Below are positions 27,337-36,038 of a DNA stretch of 48,029 nucleotides, in pieces. Position numbers and translations under genes: made by a program. The stretch's first letter is position 1. Every line of letters starts with the position of its first letter. The stretch comes from Candidatus Krumholzibacteriia bacterium (GTDB lineage: Bacteria; Krumholzibacteriota; Krumholzibacteriia; LZORAL124-64-63). Under the pieces are notes generated by a model. It searched no databases. It had not been told where the DNA came from and saw only the letters and a list, made by a program, of their open reading frames with translations. The stretch is from contig JAZBOO010000293.1 in the NCBI GenBank assembly GCA_036351155.1, positions 1-48,029 on the forward strand, in the 5' to 3' direction.

Positions 27337-30232
27337 GGGCGCACACTCCTTCCATGACCTGCCGCAGGGTGGCGGCCAGGCGATCCTTGTCGAGCTTGGT
27401 CTCGTAGGCGGTCACCCCGGCCTCGATACCGGCTTCCCGGTCATCCGCTGAACCCAGAGAGGTCAGGGCCACCACGGGGATGTCCCGCCACCGGGCCGAT
27501 GACCGGATGTGTCGGGTCAGTTCAAGCCCCCCCATCTGGGGCATCTCCAGGTCGGTGACCACCAGGTCGAAAGCCGCATCGGGGTGTCCCAGAGCGGCCC
27601 AGGCCTCTTTCCCGTCCATGGTGGAGGTCACCACCGCACCCAGGCTTTCCAGGTACTTCTTTTCCACCGCCCGGAAAAAAGACGTGTCCTCGGCCAGCAG
27701 CACCCGGGCCCCCTGGATGGATCCGGTTCGAGCCTGATCCTGCCGGTAAGTTTCCGGATCCACCGCCTCGAACAGGCTGTAGATGTCCAGGAAGAGGGTC
27801 ATCATTCCCTCCAGGACCGCACTTCCCAGCACACCCGGACCCTTGAGGTTGTCGCGTTCCACCTCCACCCGGGTGGTGATCACATCGTGGCAATCGTGGG
27901 CCACGATGCCCATGGGGTGTTTCACCAGCTTGGGAATGATGATGAAGACATCCTCCGGATCGTGGAGGGGAGCGGCCACCGGCATGTGATCATGCAGACG
28001 GACCAGACGCAGGGAGGAGTCCTGGTACTTGAGGAATTCCTTGCCTCCCACCCGGGTGATGTCCGCGGAAGACACCTGTTCGATCCGACTGATCAGGGCG
28101 AGATTGAGAGCGAAGTTCTCGCCCCCCTCGGCGTTGGTGAAGAGCAACAGGGTCTGGCCTTCCGTGCGATCTCGATAGGCTTCGCTGGTTTCCTCAGCGG
28201 CCTGGTCCTCACGGCTTTCGATGAAACGGAGCCCGCTGAACTCGGCAATCCCGACCACATCGAGAATCATGGCCACCGACCCATCGCCCATGATGGTGGC
28301 CCCGGCGTAGCAGGGAGAGTCCTTCAGGGCACTGGGCAGTTGCTTGACCACGATTTCCTCGCTGTCGAGAACCTCGTCCACGATCAATCCATACCGGTTG
28401 TTTCCGGACTTGAGCACCAGGACGTGGGTGGCCTTGACCTTGCTTTCCTTGGCGGCCGGCACGAGGTTTTCAGGGACGGTCATCCCCAGCAGATCCTTCA
28501 GCCGCACCAGGGGCAAGAGCTTGCCCCGCAGGCGGAGAACCTCTGCGCCTCGGACCTCTTCGATCCGGTTCTTGGGGTCGTCTTTTCTGAGGCGCACCAG
28601 CTCATCCAGGCTGACCTGGGGCACGGCAAATCGCCGACCCCCGGCCCGGATCAGAAGCGAAGGGATGATGGCCAGGGTCAAGGGAAGCTTGAGGCGCATC
28701 CGTGTGCCTTTTCCCCACCGACTGTCCAGATCAATGGAGCCGCCCAGGTCTTCGATGTTGGTCCGGACCACATCCATCCCCACGCCGCGGCCCGAGATAT
28801 CGCTCACCTGTTCCGCTGTGGAAAAACCCGGGGCGAAGATCAGCTCGGCCGCCTGGCGATCGTCCAATCTCTCGGCCTCGGCGGCGGTGATCACGCCCTT
28901 TTCCACGGCCTTGCGCTTGATGACTTCCGGGTTGATGCCCCGGCCGTCATCCTCGATCTCGATGATGACCTGTCCCCCCTCGTGGAAGGCCCTCACACTC
29001 AGCTTGCCGGCCACCGGTTTGCCGGCTTCGCGTCTTCCCGCGGGATCCTCGAACCCGTGGTCCAGGGAGTTGCGGATCAGGTGGTTCAGGGGGTCGGACA
29101 GGCTTTCGATGATGGACTTGTCCAGCTCCACCTCGTTGCCCGAAACCACCAGCTCCACCTCTTTGCCCACCTGCTGGGCCAGCTTGCGGACCTGACGCGG
29201 CAGCTTGCCGAATACGGCCTCGATGGCCTGCAGCCGGGTGCGCATGATGTTTTCTTGCAGGTTGGTGGTGACCGCATCGATGTTCACCATCGAGGCGTTC
29301 ATGCCCGCCAGGTCACTCAATCGGTTGGGCAGGGCTTTCATGAGGCCTTCGGTCAGATCATGGAATTCCCGCTGGATCTGTTCCGTGATGACGCGGGCCG
29401 TCTCTTCATCCAGGGCCGCCTTCTGACGCTGTTCATTCAGGATCGCGGCAACCCGGCGAAAGGAATCTTCCAGCGTTCCCCGTGTTGAAGCATAGATGGC
29501 CTCGCCGCTGGGAGTGTCGGCCAGCTTGTTGTCCAGGGATTGCACCATCTGGTTGCGGGCCAGCACCAGTTCTCCCGCCAGATTCATGAGCTGGTTCAGG
29601 AGGTCCACCTTCACGCGCAGGACATCGTTGTGCCCATGGGATCGACCGGCCACCGCTCCCCGTGATTCGGAAGGCACCTCGGGCTGAGGCTCCACCGGAT
29701 TCAATTCTTCCGGTTCCTGGGCTACCGGCCGTTCGGGGACCGGTCCCAGGGGGATGAAACCCGAGCGGGCTTTTTCGGGAGGTGCCTCCTCCGTCTCCAC
29801 GGGCACCGACGCGGGTTCGGCGAGTTCTTCGGGCTGTTCTGCTTCTTCGGCCAGAAATGGCTCCAGTCCCTTCAGGACCGCCGAGGCATCCACCTGATCA
29901 CAGCTGGCCACATCGTCCAGCATTTCCCGGACGCGATCCGTGCCTTCCAGCAAGATGTCCACCATGCCCGGAGAAACACTCAGCTTCCCCGACCGGACCT
30001 TCATCAGCACGCTTTCCATCTGGTGAGTCAGATTCTGCACGGGAGCAATACCCAGGAATCCACACCCGCCCTTGATGCTGTGGATTCCGCGAAAAATTCG
30101 GTTCACCAGTTCGGCTGTCTCTTCCGGGCCCGCACCTTTTTCCAGAGCCAGCAAGTCCGGCTCCAGGGTGCCCAGGTGTTCCTGGGACTCGATGATCAGC
30201 TCTTCCAGCAATTCGCGATCGTCCAGATCCAT
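27329..30232 (-). CDS. cheA: Hybrid chemotaxis histidine kinase CheA (Hpt, dimerization, HATPase, two CheW domains, C-terminal REC)
   Basis: IFRGIHSIKGGCGF (Hpt His); LRVKVDLLNQLMNLAGELVLARN; HLIRNSLDHG, DDGRGI, FAPGFST, GRGVGMDVV; two CheW-like domains; LLAEDT...VTDLEMPQMGG. Start at ATG 30232 after GGGAG. Confidence 0.95.
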   Translation of the reverse strand: MDLDDRELLEELIIESQEHLGTLEPDLLALEKGAGPEETAELVNRIFRGIHSIKGGCGFLGIAPVQNLTHQMESVLMKVRSGKLSVSPGMVDILLEGTDRVREMLDDVASCDQVDASAVLKGLEPFLAEEAEQPEELAEPASVPVETEEAPPEKARSGFIPLGPVPERPVAQEPEELNPVEPQPEVPSESRGAVAGRSHGHNDVLRVKVDLLNQLMNLAGELVLARNQMVQSLDNKLADTPSGEAIYASTRGTLEDSFRRVAAILNEQRQKAALDEETARVITEQIQREFHDLTEGLMKALPNRLSDLAGMNASMVNIDAVTTNLQENIMRTRLQAIEAVFGKLPRQVRKLAQQVGKEVELVVSGNEVELDKSIIESLSDPLNHLIRNSLDHGFEDPAGRREAGKPVAGKLSVRAFHEGGQVIIEIEDDGRGINPEVIKRKAVEKGVITAAEAERLDDRQAAELIFAPGFSTAEQVSDISGRGVGMDVVRTNIEDLGGSIDLDSRWGKGTRMRLKLPLTLAIIPSLLIRAGGRRFAVPQVSLDELVRLRKDDPKNRIEEVRGAEVLRLRGKLLPLVRLKDLLGMTVPENLVPAAKESKVKATHVLVLKSGNNRYGLIVDEVLDSEEIVVKQLPSALKDSPCYAGATIMGDGSVAMILDVVGIAEFSGLRFIESREDQAAEETSEAYRDRTEGQTLLLFTNAEGGENFALNLALISRIEQVSSADITRVGGKEFLKYQDSSLRLVRLHDHMPVAAPLHDPEDVFIIIPKLVKHPMGIVAHDCHDVITTRVEVERDNLKGPGVLGSAVLEGMMTLFLDIYSLFEAVDPETYRQDQARTGSIQGARVLLAEDTSFFRAVEKKYLESLGAVVTSTMDGKEAWAALGHPDAAFDLVVTDLEMPQMGGLELTRHIRSSARWRDIPVVALTSLGSADDREAGIEAGVTAYETKLDKDRLAATLRQVMEGVCAHA

Positions 30233-30316
30233 GCTGGCTCCCACCTTTCCCTCGCGCTGCGGACACCGAACGGCACACTGCCACCCTGTCCAGGCTATCT
30301 CTACTCCTCGGCCCAG

Positions 30317-30343
30317 GTATCGGTTTTTTAAGGGTTCGCTTTA
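30317..30343 (-). promoter_or_regulatory. Putative sigma-28 (FliA/SigD) promoter of the che operon
   Basis: Minus strand TAAA-N15-ACCGATAC (consensus TAAA-N15-GCCGATAA), ~85 nt upstream of cheA in the coaX-cheA gap. Confidence 0.75.
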
Positions 30344-30366
30344 GTTTGAAAAAAGGAGAGGAAAGA

Positions 30367-31128
30367 CTAAAATCCCGCCAGGATGGCGGCCCCGCGCAGA
30401 GTCAAATGAGGGTCGTGGAGCCACAGGTCACCCTCGAGGTGATGTCCCAGGCCCCCGGTCACCAGCACCGGCATGGCTCCGTAACGGTCCAGCAAGCCCG
30501 TGATACAGGCCTGGATGCCCCCGAATCCGACGTGCCAGGCACCCCGGGTCATGGCAGACACCGTGTCCGGGCCGGCCTCGAGAGGAGCCGGTAGAAAGGC
30601 AATCTCTGGAAGCTGGGCTGTCTGGCGGGCCAGCCCTTTCAAGGCCAGTTCGGGGCCCGGGGCAATGAGGCCCCCGGGGAATACCCCGTCCAGCAGGAGG
30701 TCGAACGTGGTGGCGGAACCGATGTCCACCACCAGCACAGTGCGCAGTCCCAGAGACCAGGAGGCGGCCAGGTTGCAATACCGATCGCTGCCCACAGCGG
30801 TGCGATCCGCCACCGACACCTGGAAGGGGAGGGCGCTCCGGTGACCCACCGTCACCAGATCTGGAATAATGGGCGTCAGCTGGCACTCCGCCTCAGGCAC
30901 CACCGTGGTCATGGCCAGCGGGCAGCCGGGATAGCTGTGTCGAATCGCCGCAATCCGGGTGGTGATCTCCGCCCAGTCGGCCGGTTCCCCCGGCGTGGCC
31001 CAGGCCTCCAGGAAGTCCAGGGGCGCCCCCAGCCCGGCATCCGTGGCCTCGGTACCACGGTGCAAGCGTCCGTCCCAGTGCAGCAGCTTGGTGCGTGTGT
31101 TTCCCACATCCAGGATCAGCCCTTTCAT
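30367..31128 (-). CDS. coaX: Type III pantothenate kinase
   Basis: Start at ATG 31128 (ATGA overlap with birA): LILDVGNTRTK, VGSDR, LVVDIGSATTFD, GGLIAPG, T..AM.RG, VTGG, LTLRG. Confidence 0.92.
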   Translation of the reverse strand: MKGLILDVGNTRTKLLHWDGRLHRGTEATDAGLGAPLDFLEAWATPGEPADWAEITTRIAAIRHSYPGCPLAMTTVVPEAECQLTPIIPDLVTVGHRSALPFQVSVADRTAVGSDRYCNLAASWSLGLRTVLVVDIGSATTFDLLLDGVFPGGLIAPGPELALKGLARQTAQLPEIAFLPAPLEAGPDTVSAMTRGAWHVGFGGIQACITGLLDRYGAMPVLVTGGLGHHLEGDLWLHDPHLTLRGAAILAGF

Positions 31129-32045
31129 GAGGTGCTCTCCTCCTGGTCCGATGACGTCTGGTGCAGCAGGTGCACCTCGCCCGCGGAGAGGCAACTCACC
31201 TGGCCGTCCGGGGTTTCCAGCAGCAGGCCACCGGCGGCATCGATGCCCCGTGCCCGCCCGGTCAGCTGCCGATCTCCCACCACGAGCTTGATGGTGCGTC
31301 CCAGCAAACAATCCAGACAGACCAGCGCATGCTGCCAGGGTTGCCAGCCGGCAGTGTCGAACCTGTCCACTTCCTGTTCCACTCTCCGCAAGATTTTGCC
31401 CGCCACATCACCCGGTCGGTAACGACGACCGGTTTCCATGCGCATGCTGGTGGCCCGCCCCTGCAACGGGGCCGGAAAGGCGTCCGCCCGGGTGTCCAGG
31501 TTCAGACCAAGCCCGGCAATGATGTCGGTGTGATCGGCGGTGACCCTGTTTTCCAGCAAAATGCCCCCCAGCTTGCGGCCCCCACTGACGATATCGTTGG
31601 GCCACTTCAGGCGGGCGTCCACGCCGAAATCCTCGCGCAGACAGAGCACGGTCATCAAGCCCAGCCACACGCTGAATCCCTTGTCGAAAGCGGCGCGATG
31701 AGAAGGAACCACCACCGAAAAATGCAGTCCCCCACAATCAACCCAGCGCCTGCCCTGACGGCCTTTTCCTGACGTCTGAGTGCGGGCGACACAGACCAGT
31801 CCAGATTCCACATGGTCCAGAGGTTGAATCAACTCATGTTCACGGGCCGACCAGCCCCACGGATCCAGCGTGCACTCTCGCCCTCGCGCCGGCTCCCCGC
31901 GCCCCAGGAGGAAATCGTTGGTGCTGCCCACCTCGTCCAGCAGGAACAGGCGCGAGCCCTGACGGGTAAACCGAGGCCCGGGCTCGAACAGGTCCAGCCC
32001 GAACCAGTCCCGGCTGACCGGGCCGTTGCCGTGGAGGGTTTTCAC
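31125..32045 (-). CDS. birA: Biotin--[acetyl-CoA-carboxylase] ligase without HTH domain
   Basis: VGSTN, QTSGKGRQGRRW, LKWPNDI...KLGGILLE, GLGLN, GIDAAGGLLL...AGEV. Confidence 0.92.
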   Translation of the reverse strand: MKTLHGNGPVSRDWFGLDLFEPGPRFTRQGSRLFLLDEVGSTNDFLLGRGEPARGRECTLDPWGWSAREHELIQPLDHVESGLVCVARTQTSGKGRQGRRWVDCGGLHFSVVVPSHRAAFDKGFSVWLGLMTVLCLREDFGVDARLKWPNDIVSGGRKLGGILLENRVTADHTDIIAGLGLNLDTRADAFPAPLQGRATSMRMETGRRYRPGDVAGKILRRVEQEVDRFDTAGWQPWQHALVCLDCLLGRTIKLVVGDRQLTGRARGIDAAGGLLLETPDGQVSCLSAGEVHLLHQTSSDQEESTS

Positions 32046-32917
32046 TTCAGATCCCGGTCCATGTCCAGGCCCAGGTCCAGCGCCGGAGCGGAGTGGGTCA
32101 ACCGGCCCACGGAGGCCGCATCGACACCCGCCCGAGCATAGCCGGCGATGGTTTCCAGCGTCACGTTGCCCGAGGACTCGAGCAGGGTGGCGCCTTGGCG
32201 CGCATCCCGCCGCCGGACGGCCTCGGCGGTCTGTTCGAAGGTGAAATTGTCCAGCAGTATCCAGTCCACCGCCAGAGGGAGCACCCGGTCCAGCTGTTCC
32301 AGGCTGTCCACCTCGACCTCGATGGGCAGGTCGGCATACATGCTGCGGGAGCGAGCCACCAGGCTTTCGATGGATCCATCGGCGGCCGCCCAGTGGTTGT
32401 CCTTGAGCATGACCCGATCATAGAGACCCAGCCGATGGTTATGCCCCCCTCCGCAACGCACCGCGTACTTGGCGAGATGGCGATAACCGGGCAGGGTCTT
32501 GCGGGTGTCGAGCACCTGGCAGGCGGTGCCGGCCACGGCATCGACGTAGCGCCGGGTGACCGAGGCGATGCCCCCCAGGTTCTGCAGAAAATTCAGCAGG
32601 GTCCGCTCGCCGGTCAGGATGGCGGCGGCCGGCCCTTTCAACCAGGCCACGGCCTGTCCGGGCCTGACCCGGGTTCCGTCATACAGCAGACGTTTGATCG
32701 CCACGGTGTCATCCAGTTCGTCAAACAGCAGATCGATCAAGGGCAGTCCGGCCACCACACCCTCTTCCCGGGCACAGACCAGGGCCTCGATCATCAGATC
32801 CCCCTGCACGGTCACGGCGGTGGAGGCATCTCCGGAGCCGATGTCTTCGGCCAGGCTCTGGCGCACAAGCTCCCGGATCCAGGGCTCGTCGGGGAAAGTT
32901 TTTTCCAGTTCGGACAT
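32042..32917 (-). CDS. nadC: Nicotinate-nucleotide pyrophosphorylase (carboxylating)
   Basis: LAEDIGSGD, LTGERTLLN, LDTRKTLPG, NHRLGLYD.VMLKDNH, IEVEVD, ILLDNF, ESSGNV, LTHSA. Confidence 0.97.
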   Translation of the reverse strand: MSELEKTFPDEPWIRELVRQSLAEDIGSGDASTAVTVQGDLMIEALVCAREEGVVAGLPLIDLLFDELDDTVAIKRLLYDGTRVRPGQAVAWLKGPAAAILTGERTLLNFLQNLGGIASVTRRYVDAVAGTACQVLDTRKTLPGYRHLAKYAVRCGGGHNHRLGLYDRVMLKDNHWAAADGSIESLVARSRSMYADLPIEVEVDSLEQLDRVLPLAVDWILLDNFTFEQTAEAVRRRDARQGATLLESSGNVTLETIAGYARAGVDAASVGRLTHSAPALDLGLDMDRDLK

Positions 32918-32932
32918 GCCGTCTGCTCCTTG

Positions 32933-34939
32933 TTACCCGCCCAGACCCCACTGGGCCTTGAGATCATCGATCCGGTCACGCAGCGCGGCGGCCTTCTCGA
33001 ATTCCAGGGCCTTGGCCGCCTCGTTCATGGCATTCTGCAGCATGGTCACCATTTCCTTGGGGGTCAAGTCGTGGTCCAGAATTTCTTCCCACGGCCTGTC
33101 GGCGGCCTTACCGGCTCCTGCGGGAGATTCCTTCCCCGCCGCCATGGTGGACTGCATGATTTCTTCGCGGCTCTTGCTGATGGTCCGGGGCACCAGACCG
33201 TGCTCCTTGTTGTAGGCCAGCTGACGCTTGCGGCGACGCTCGGTTTCCTGGATGGCCTTCTCCATGGAGCGGGTCATCCGATCGGCGTACATGATCACCT
33301 CGCCGTTGACGTTCCGTGCCGCCCGGCCGGCTGTCTGGATCAGGCTGCGCGCGGACCGCAGGAACCCTTCCCGGTCGGCGTCGAGGATGGCCACCAGGGA
33401 AACCTCGGGCAGGTCCAGCCCTTCCCGCAGCAAGTTCACCCCCACCAGCACATCGCTCTCTCCCAGCCGCAGCTTGCGCAGGATCTCGATCCGGTCCAGG
33501 GCCGCGATGTCCGAATGCAGGTAGGTGACCTTCACGCCGGCCTGGGCCAGGTAGTCGGTCAGGTCCTCGCTCATCTTCTTGGTCAGGGTGGTCACCAGCA
33601 CCCGCTCCTGGCGCGCGGTGACCACGCGGATCTTTTCCAGCAGGTCGTCCACCTGGTGAGTCACCGGCAACACGGTGATGGGCGGATCGACCAGACCGGT
33701 GGGTCGGATGACCTGTTCCACAACCACGCCGCCGCATTTCTCCAGCTCGTAGTCGGCCGGGGTGGCGGACACGAAAACGGTGGCCGGCAACATGGTTTCG
33801 AACTCTTCGAAGAGCAGAGGCCGATTGTCCAGGGCACTGGGCAACCGGAAGCCGTGTTCCACCAGGCTCATCTTGCGAGATCGATCCCCGTAGTACATGG
33901 CACCGATCTGGGGAATGGTGGCGTGACTCTCGTCGATGATCATGAGGTAGTCTTCGGGAAAGTAGTCGAGCAAACAGGCCGGCCGTTCCCCTTCTTGACG
34001 CCGATCGAAATACCGCGAGTAGTTCTCCACCCCGGCGCAATGGCCGATCTGGGTGATCATCTCCATGTCGTAGCGGGTGCGTGAAGCCAGGCGATGAGCC
34101 TCCAGTGGCTTGCCCAGCTCATCCAGCTGGCCCAGGCGCAGTTCCAGATCCCGGCCGATCTCGTCCACGATCGTACCCACCCCTTGCTGGTCGGTGACGA
34201 ACTGGGTGGCCGGGTAAATCACCGCATTCTCCACCTCGTCCAGCACCCGCCCGGTCAAGGGCTCGATCCAGGCCAGGGCCTCGATCTCGTCGCCGAAAAA
34301 TTCCACCCGCAGGATACGTTCCTCGAAGGCCGAGCGCACCTCCACCGTGTCACCCCGGACCCGGAAGGTGCCAAAGGCCGTTTCCACATCATTGCGCTGG
34401 TACTGGATGCCCACCAGGCGGCTCAGCAACTCGTCGCGATCCAGCTCCAGGCCAACCTGCAATCCGATGATGCTTTGCCGAAACGTCTCGGGGTTGCCCA
34501 CTCCGTAAATGGCCGAAACGCTGGCCACCACGATGACATCGCGCCGGGCCAGCAAGCTGCTGGTGGCGCGCAAGCGCAGCCGCTCGATCTCATCGTTGAT
34601 GCTGGTGTCTTTTTCGATGTAGGTATTGGTCGACGGAATGAAGGCTTCGGGCTGGTAGTAGTCGTAGTAACTGATGAAATACTCGACGGCATTGTCGGGA
34701 AAGAAACCCTTCAGCTCGCCGTACAGCTGGGCCGCCAGCGTCTTGTTGTGGCTGAACACCAGGGCCGGCCGATCCAGCTGGGCAATGGCATTGGCCATGG
34801 TGAAGGTCTTGCCCGAGCCCGTCACCCCCAGCAGGGTCTGAAACCGGGTTCCCGCCCGGATTTCCTTGACCAGCTCGGCAATGGCCTGGGGCTGGTCCCC
34901 GGTGGGCTGGAACGGTGCTTTCAGCTGGAAAAGACCCAT
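32933..34939 (-). CDS. uvrB: Excinuclease ABC subunit B
   Basis: PTGDQPQAI, LGVTGSGKTFT, SYYDYYQPEA, IIDESH, GFRLPSALDNRPL, VNLLREGLDLPEV, QTAGRAARN, C-terminal UVR domain. Confidence 0.98.
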   Translation of the reverse strand: MGLFQLKAPFQPTGDQPQAIAELVKEIRAGTRFQTLLGVTGSGKTFTMANAIAQLDRPALVFSHNKTLAAQLYGELKGFFPDNAVEYFISYYDYYQPEAFIPSTNTYIEKDTSINDEIERLRLRATSSLLARRDVIVVASVSAIYGVGNPETFRQSIIGLQVGLELDRDELLSRLVGIQYQRNDVETAFGTFRVRGDTVEVRSAFEERILRVEFFGDEIEALAWIEPLTGRVLDEVENAVIYPATQFVTDQQGVGTIVDEIGRDLELRLGQLDELGKPLEAHRLASRTRYDMEMITQIGHCAGVENYSRYFDRRQEGERPACLLDYFPEDYLMIIDESHATIPQIGAMYYGDRSRKMSLVEHGFRLPSALDNRPLLFEEFETMLPATVFVSATPADYELEKCGGVVVEQVIRPTGLVDPPITVLPVTHQVDDLLEKIRVVTARQERVLVTTLTKKMSEDLTDYLAQAGVKVTYLHSDIAALDRIEILRKLRLGESDVLVGVNLLREGLDLPEVSLVAILDADREGFLRSARSLIQTAGRAARNVNGEVIMYADRMTRSMEKAIQETERRRKRQLAYNKEHGLVPRTISKSREEIMQSTMAAGKESPAGAGKAADRPWEEILDHDLTPKEMVTMLQNAMNEAAKALEFEKAAALRDRIDDLKAQWGLGG

Positions 34940-34951
34940 GGTGACACTCGC

Positions 34952-36016
34952 CTAGGGCCGGTGCGGAGGCAGGTTGGAACGAATGACCGCGGGATCGTTC
35001 AAGATGAGTTCCTGGCCTTGACGCAGGCCCCCGAGATCTCGGTATTCCCCGTTGATCGTCGCCTGGACCCCCAGGGAATCGTTCACGCGAATACTGAAAT
35101 GGTCTTCTCCCCCCCAGAAAACCACCCAGCCGTCCCGCACGGGATAACCGCGACCGGCCACCAGCTCCGAGGGCAAGACCGCTTCAGGAGCGGCCCAGTT
35201 CACCGTCTTGTACTCCCGCTGGCCATCCTTTTTCACCGAGATCTCCCGCTGATCCGGGCACATCAGGCGCAGCACCACCGGCCAGACCTCGCCATCGATG
35301 ACAGTCTCACCGGGCTTCCCCTCGGGAGCCGGCATCAATCGGGGAGCAGGGTCGGCCAACGCTTCACTCGCGGCAGCAGCCCCTTCCGTTGCGGGAGGTG
35401 GCGGGGGATCGGACACCGCCAGCTGGTCCTTCAATGGACCGGCAGCCAGCAGGGACTCCCGGTGGGTAGCAGACTGGAGACTGTCCCCAGGCACGGGCTG
35501 CACCCCGGCGGGATTGGTGCCCTCGGCAGGACTTTCGTCCCCATTTCCACGGAGAAGCAGATAGCCGCCGAAGACCAGGAGGACCACCGCGAACGCAGCA
35601 ATGGCCAGGCCTTTCCAGGGCAGGCCCAGCCGCTTGATCTGGACCTCCTCATCTCGCCAGACCCCGGGGGAATCCCCCTCGGCCCCGGTGACGGCCGGTG
35701 CCGTCCCGGTGAATGAGAGGTACCGCTCCAGCACTTCCTCCGCGTCCAGGCCCACCTCCTTGGCATAGGCACGCAAAAAGCTTTTCACGTACAGCTCACC
35801 GGAGATCTTGTGGTATTCATCCTGCTCGATGGCCAGCAACATGGGCTGAGGAATCTTCGTCCCCTCGGCCATCTGGTCCAGGTTCAAGCCGGACTTGCGA
35901 CGGGCCGCCCCCAGCATTTCACCGGGGGTCAGGCGCTCCGCATGGGTTTCCCCACCGACCGCGTGATGTGACACGTTCTGGTCGGGGCCGTTCTGGTCAG
36001 GCGTATCTTTGGTCAC
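34952..36016 (-). CDS. RodZ-like membrane protein (XRE-type HTH, single TM, periplasmic domain)
   Basis: Start at GTG 36016 after GGGAG; PGEMLGAARRKSGL...TKI....LAIEQDEY...YVKSFLRAYAKEVGLD; one TM; low-complexity linker; C-terminal beta domain. Confidence 0.8.
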   Translation of the reverse strand: MTKDTPDQNGPDQNVSHHAVGGETHAERLTPGEMLGAARRKSGLNLDQMAEGTKIPQPMLLAIEQDEYHKISGELYVKSFLRAYAKEVGLDAEEVLERYLSFTGTAPAVTGAEGDSPGVWRDEEVQIKRLGLPWKGLAIAAFAVVLLVFGGYLLLRGNGDESPAEGTNPAGVQPVPGDSLQSATHRESLLAAGPLKDQLAVSDPPPPPATEGAAAASEALADPAPRLMPAPEGKPGETVIDGEVWPVVLRLMCPDQREISVKKDGQREYKTVNWAAPEAVLPSELVAGRGYPVRDGWVVFWGGEDHFSIRVNDSLGVQATINGEYRDLGGLRQGQELILNDPAVIRSNLPPHRP

Positions 36017-36038
36017 GGGCGACTCCCTTTCCTCCCGA

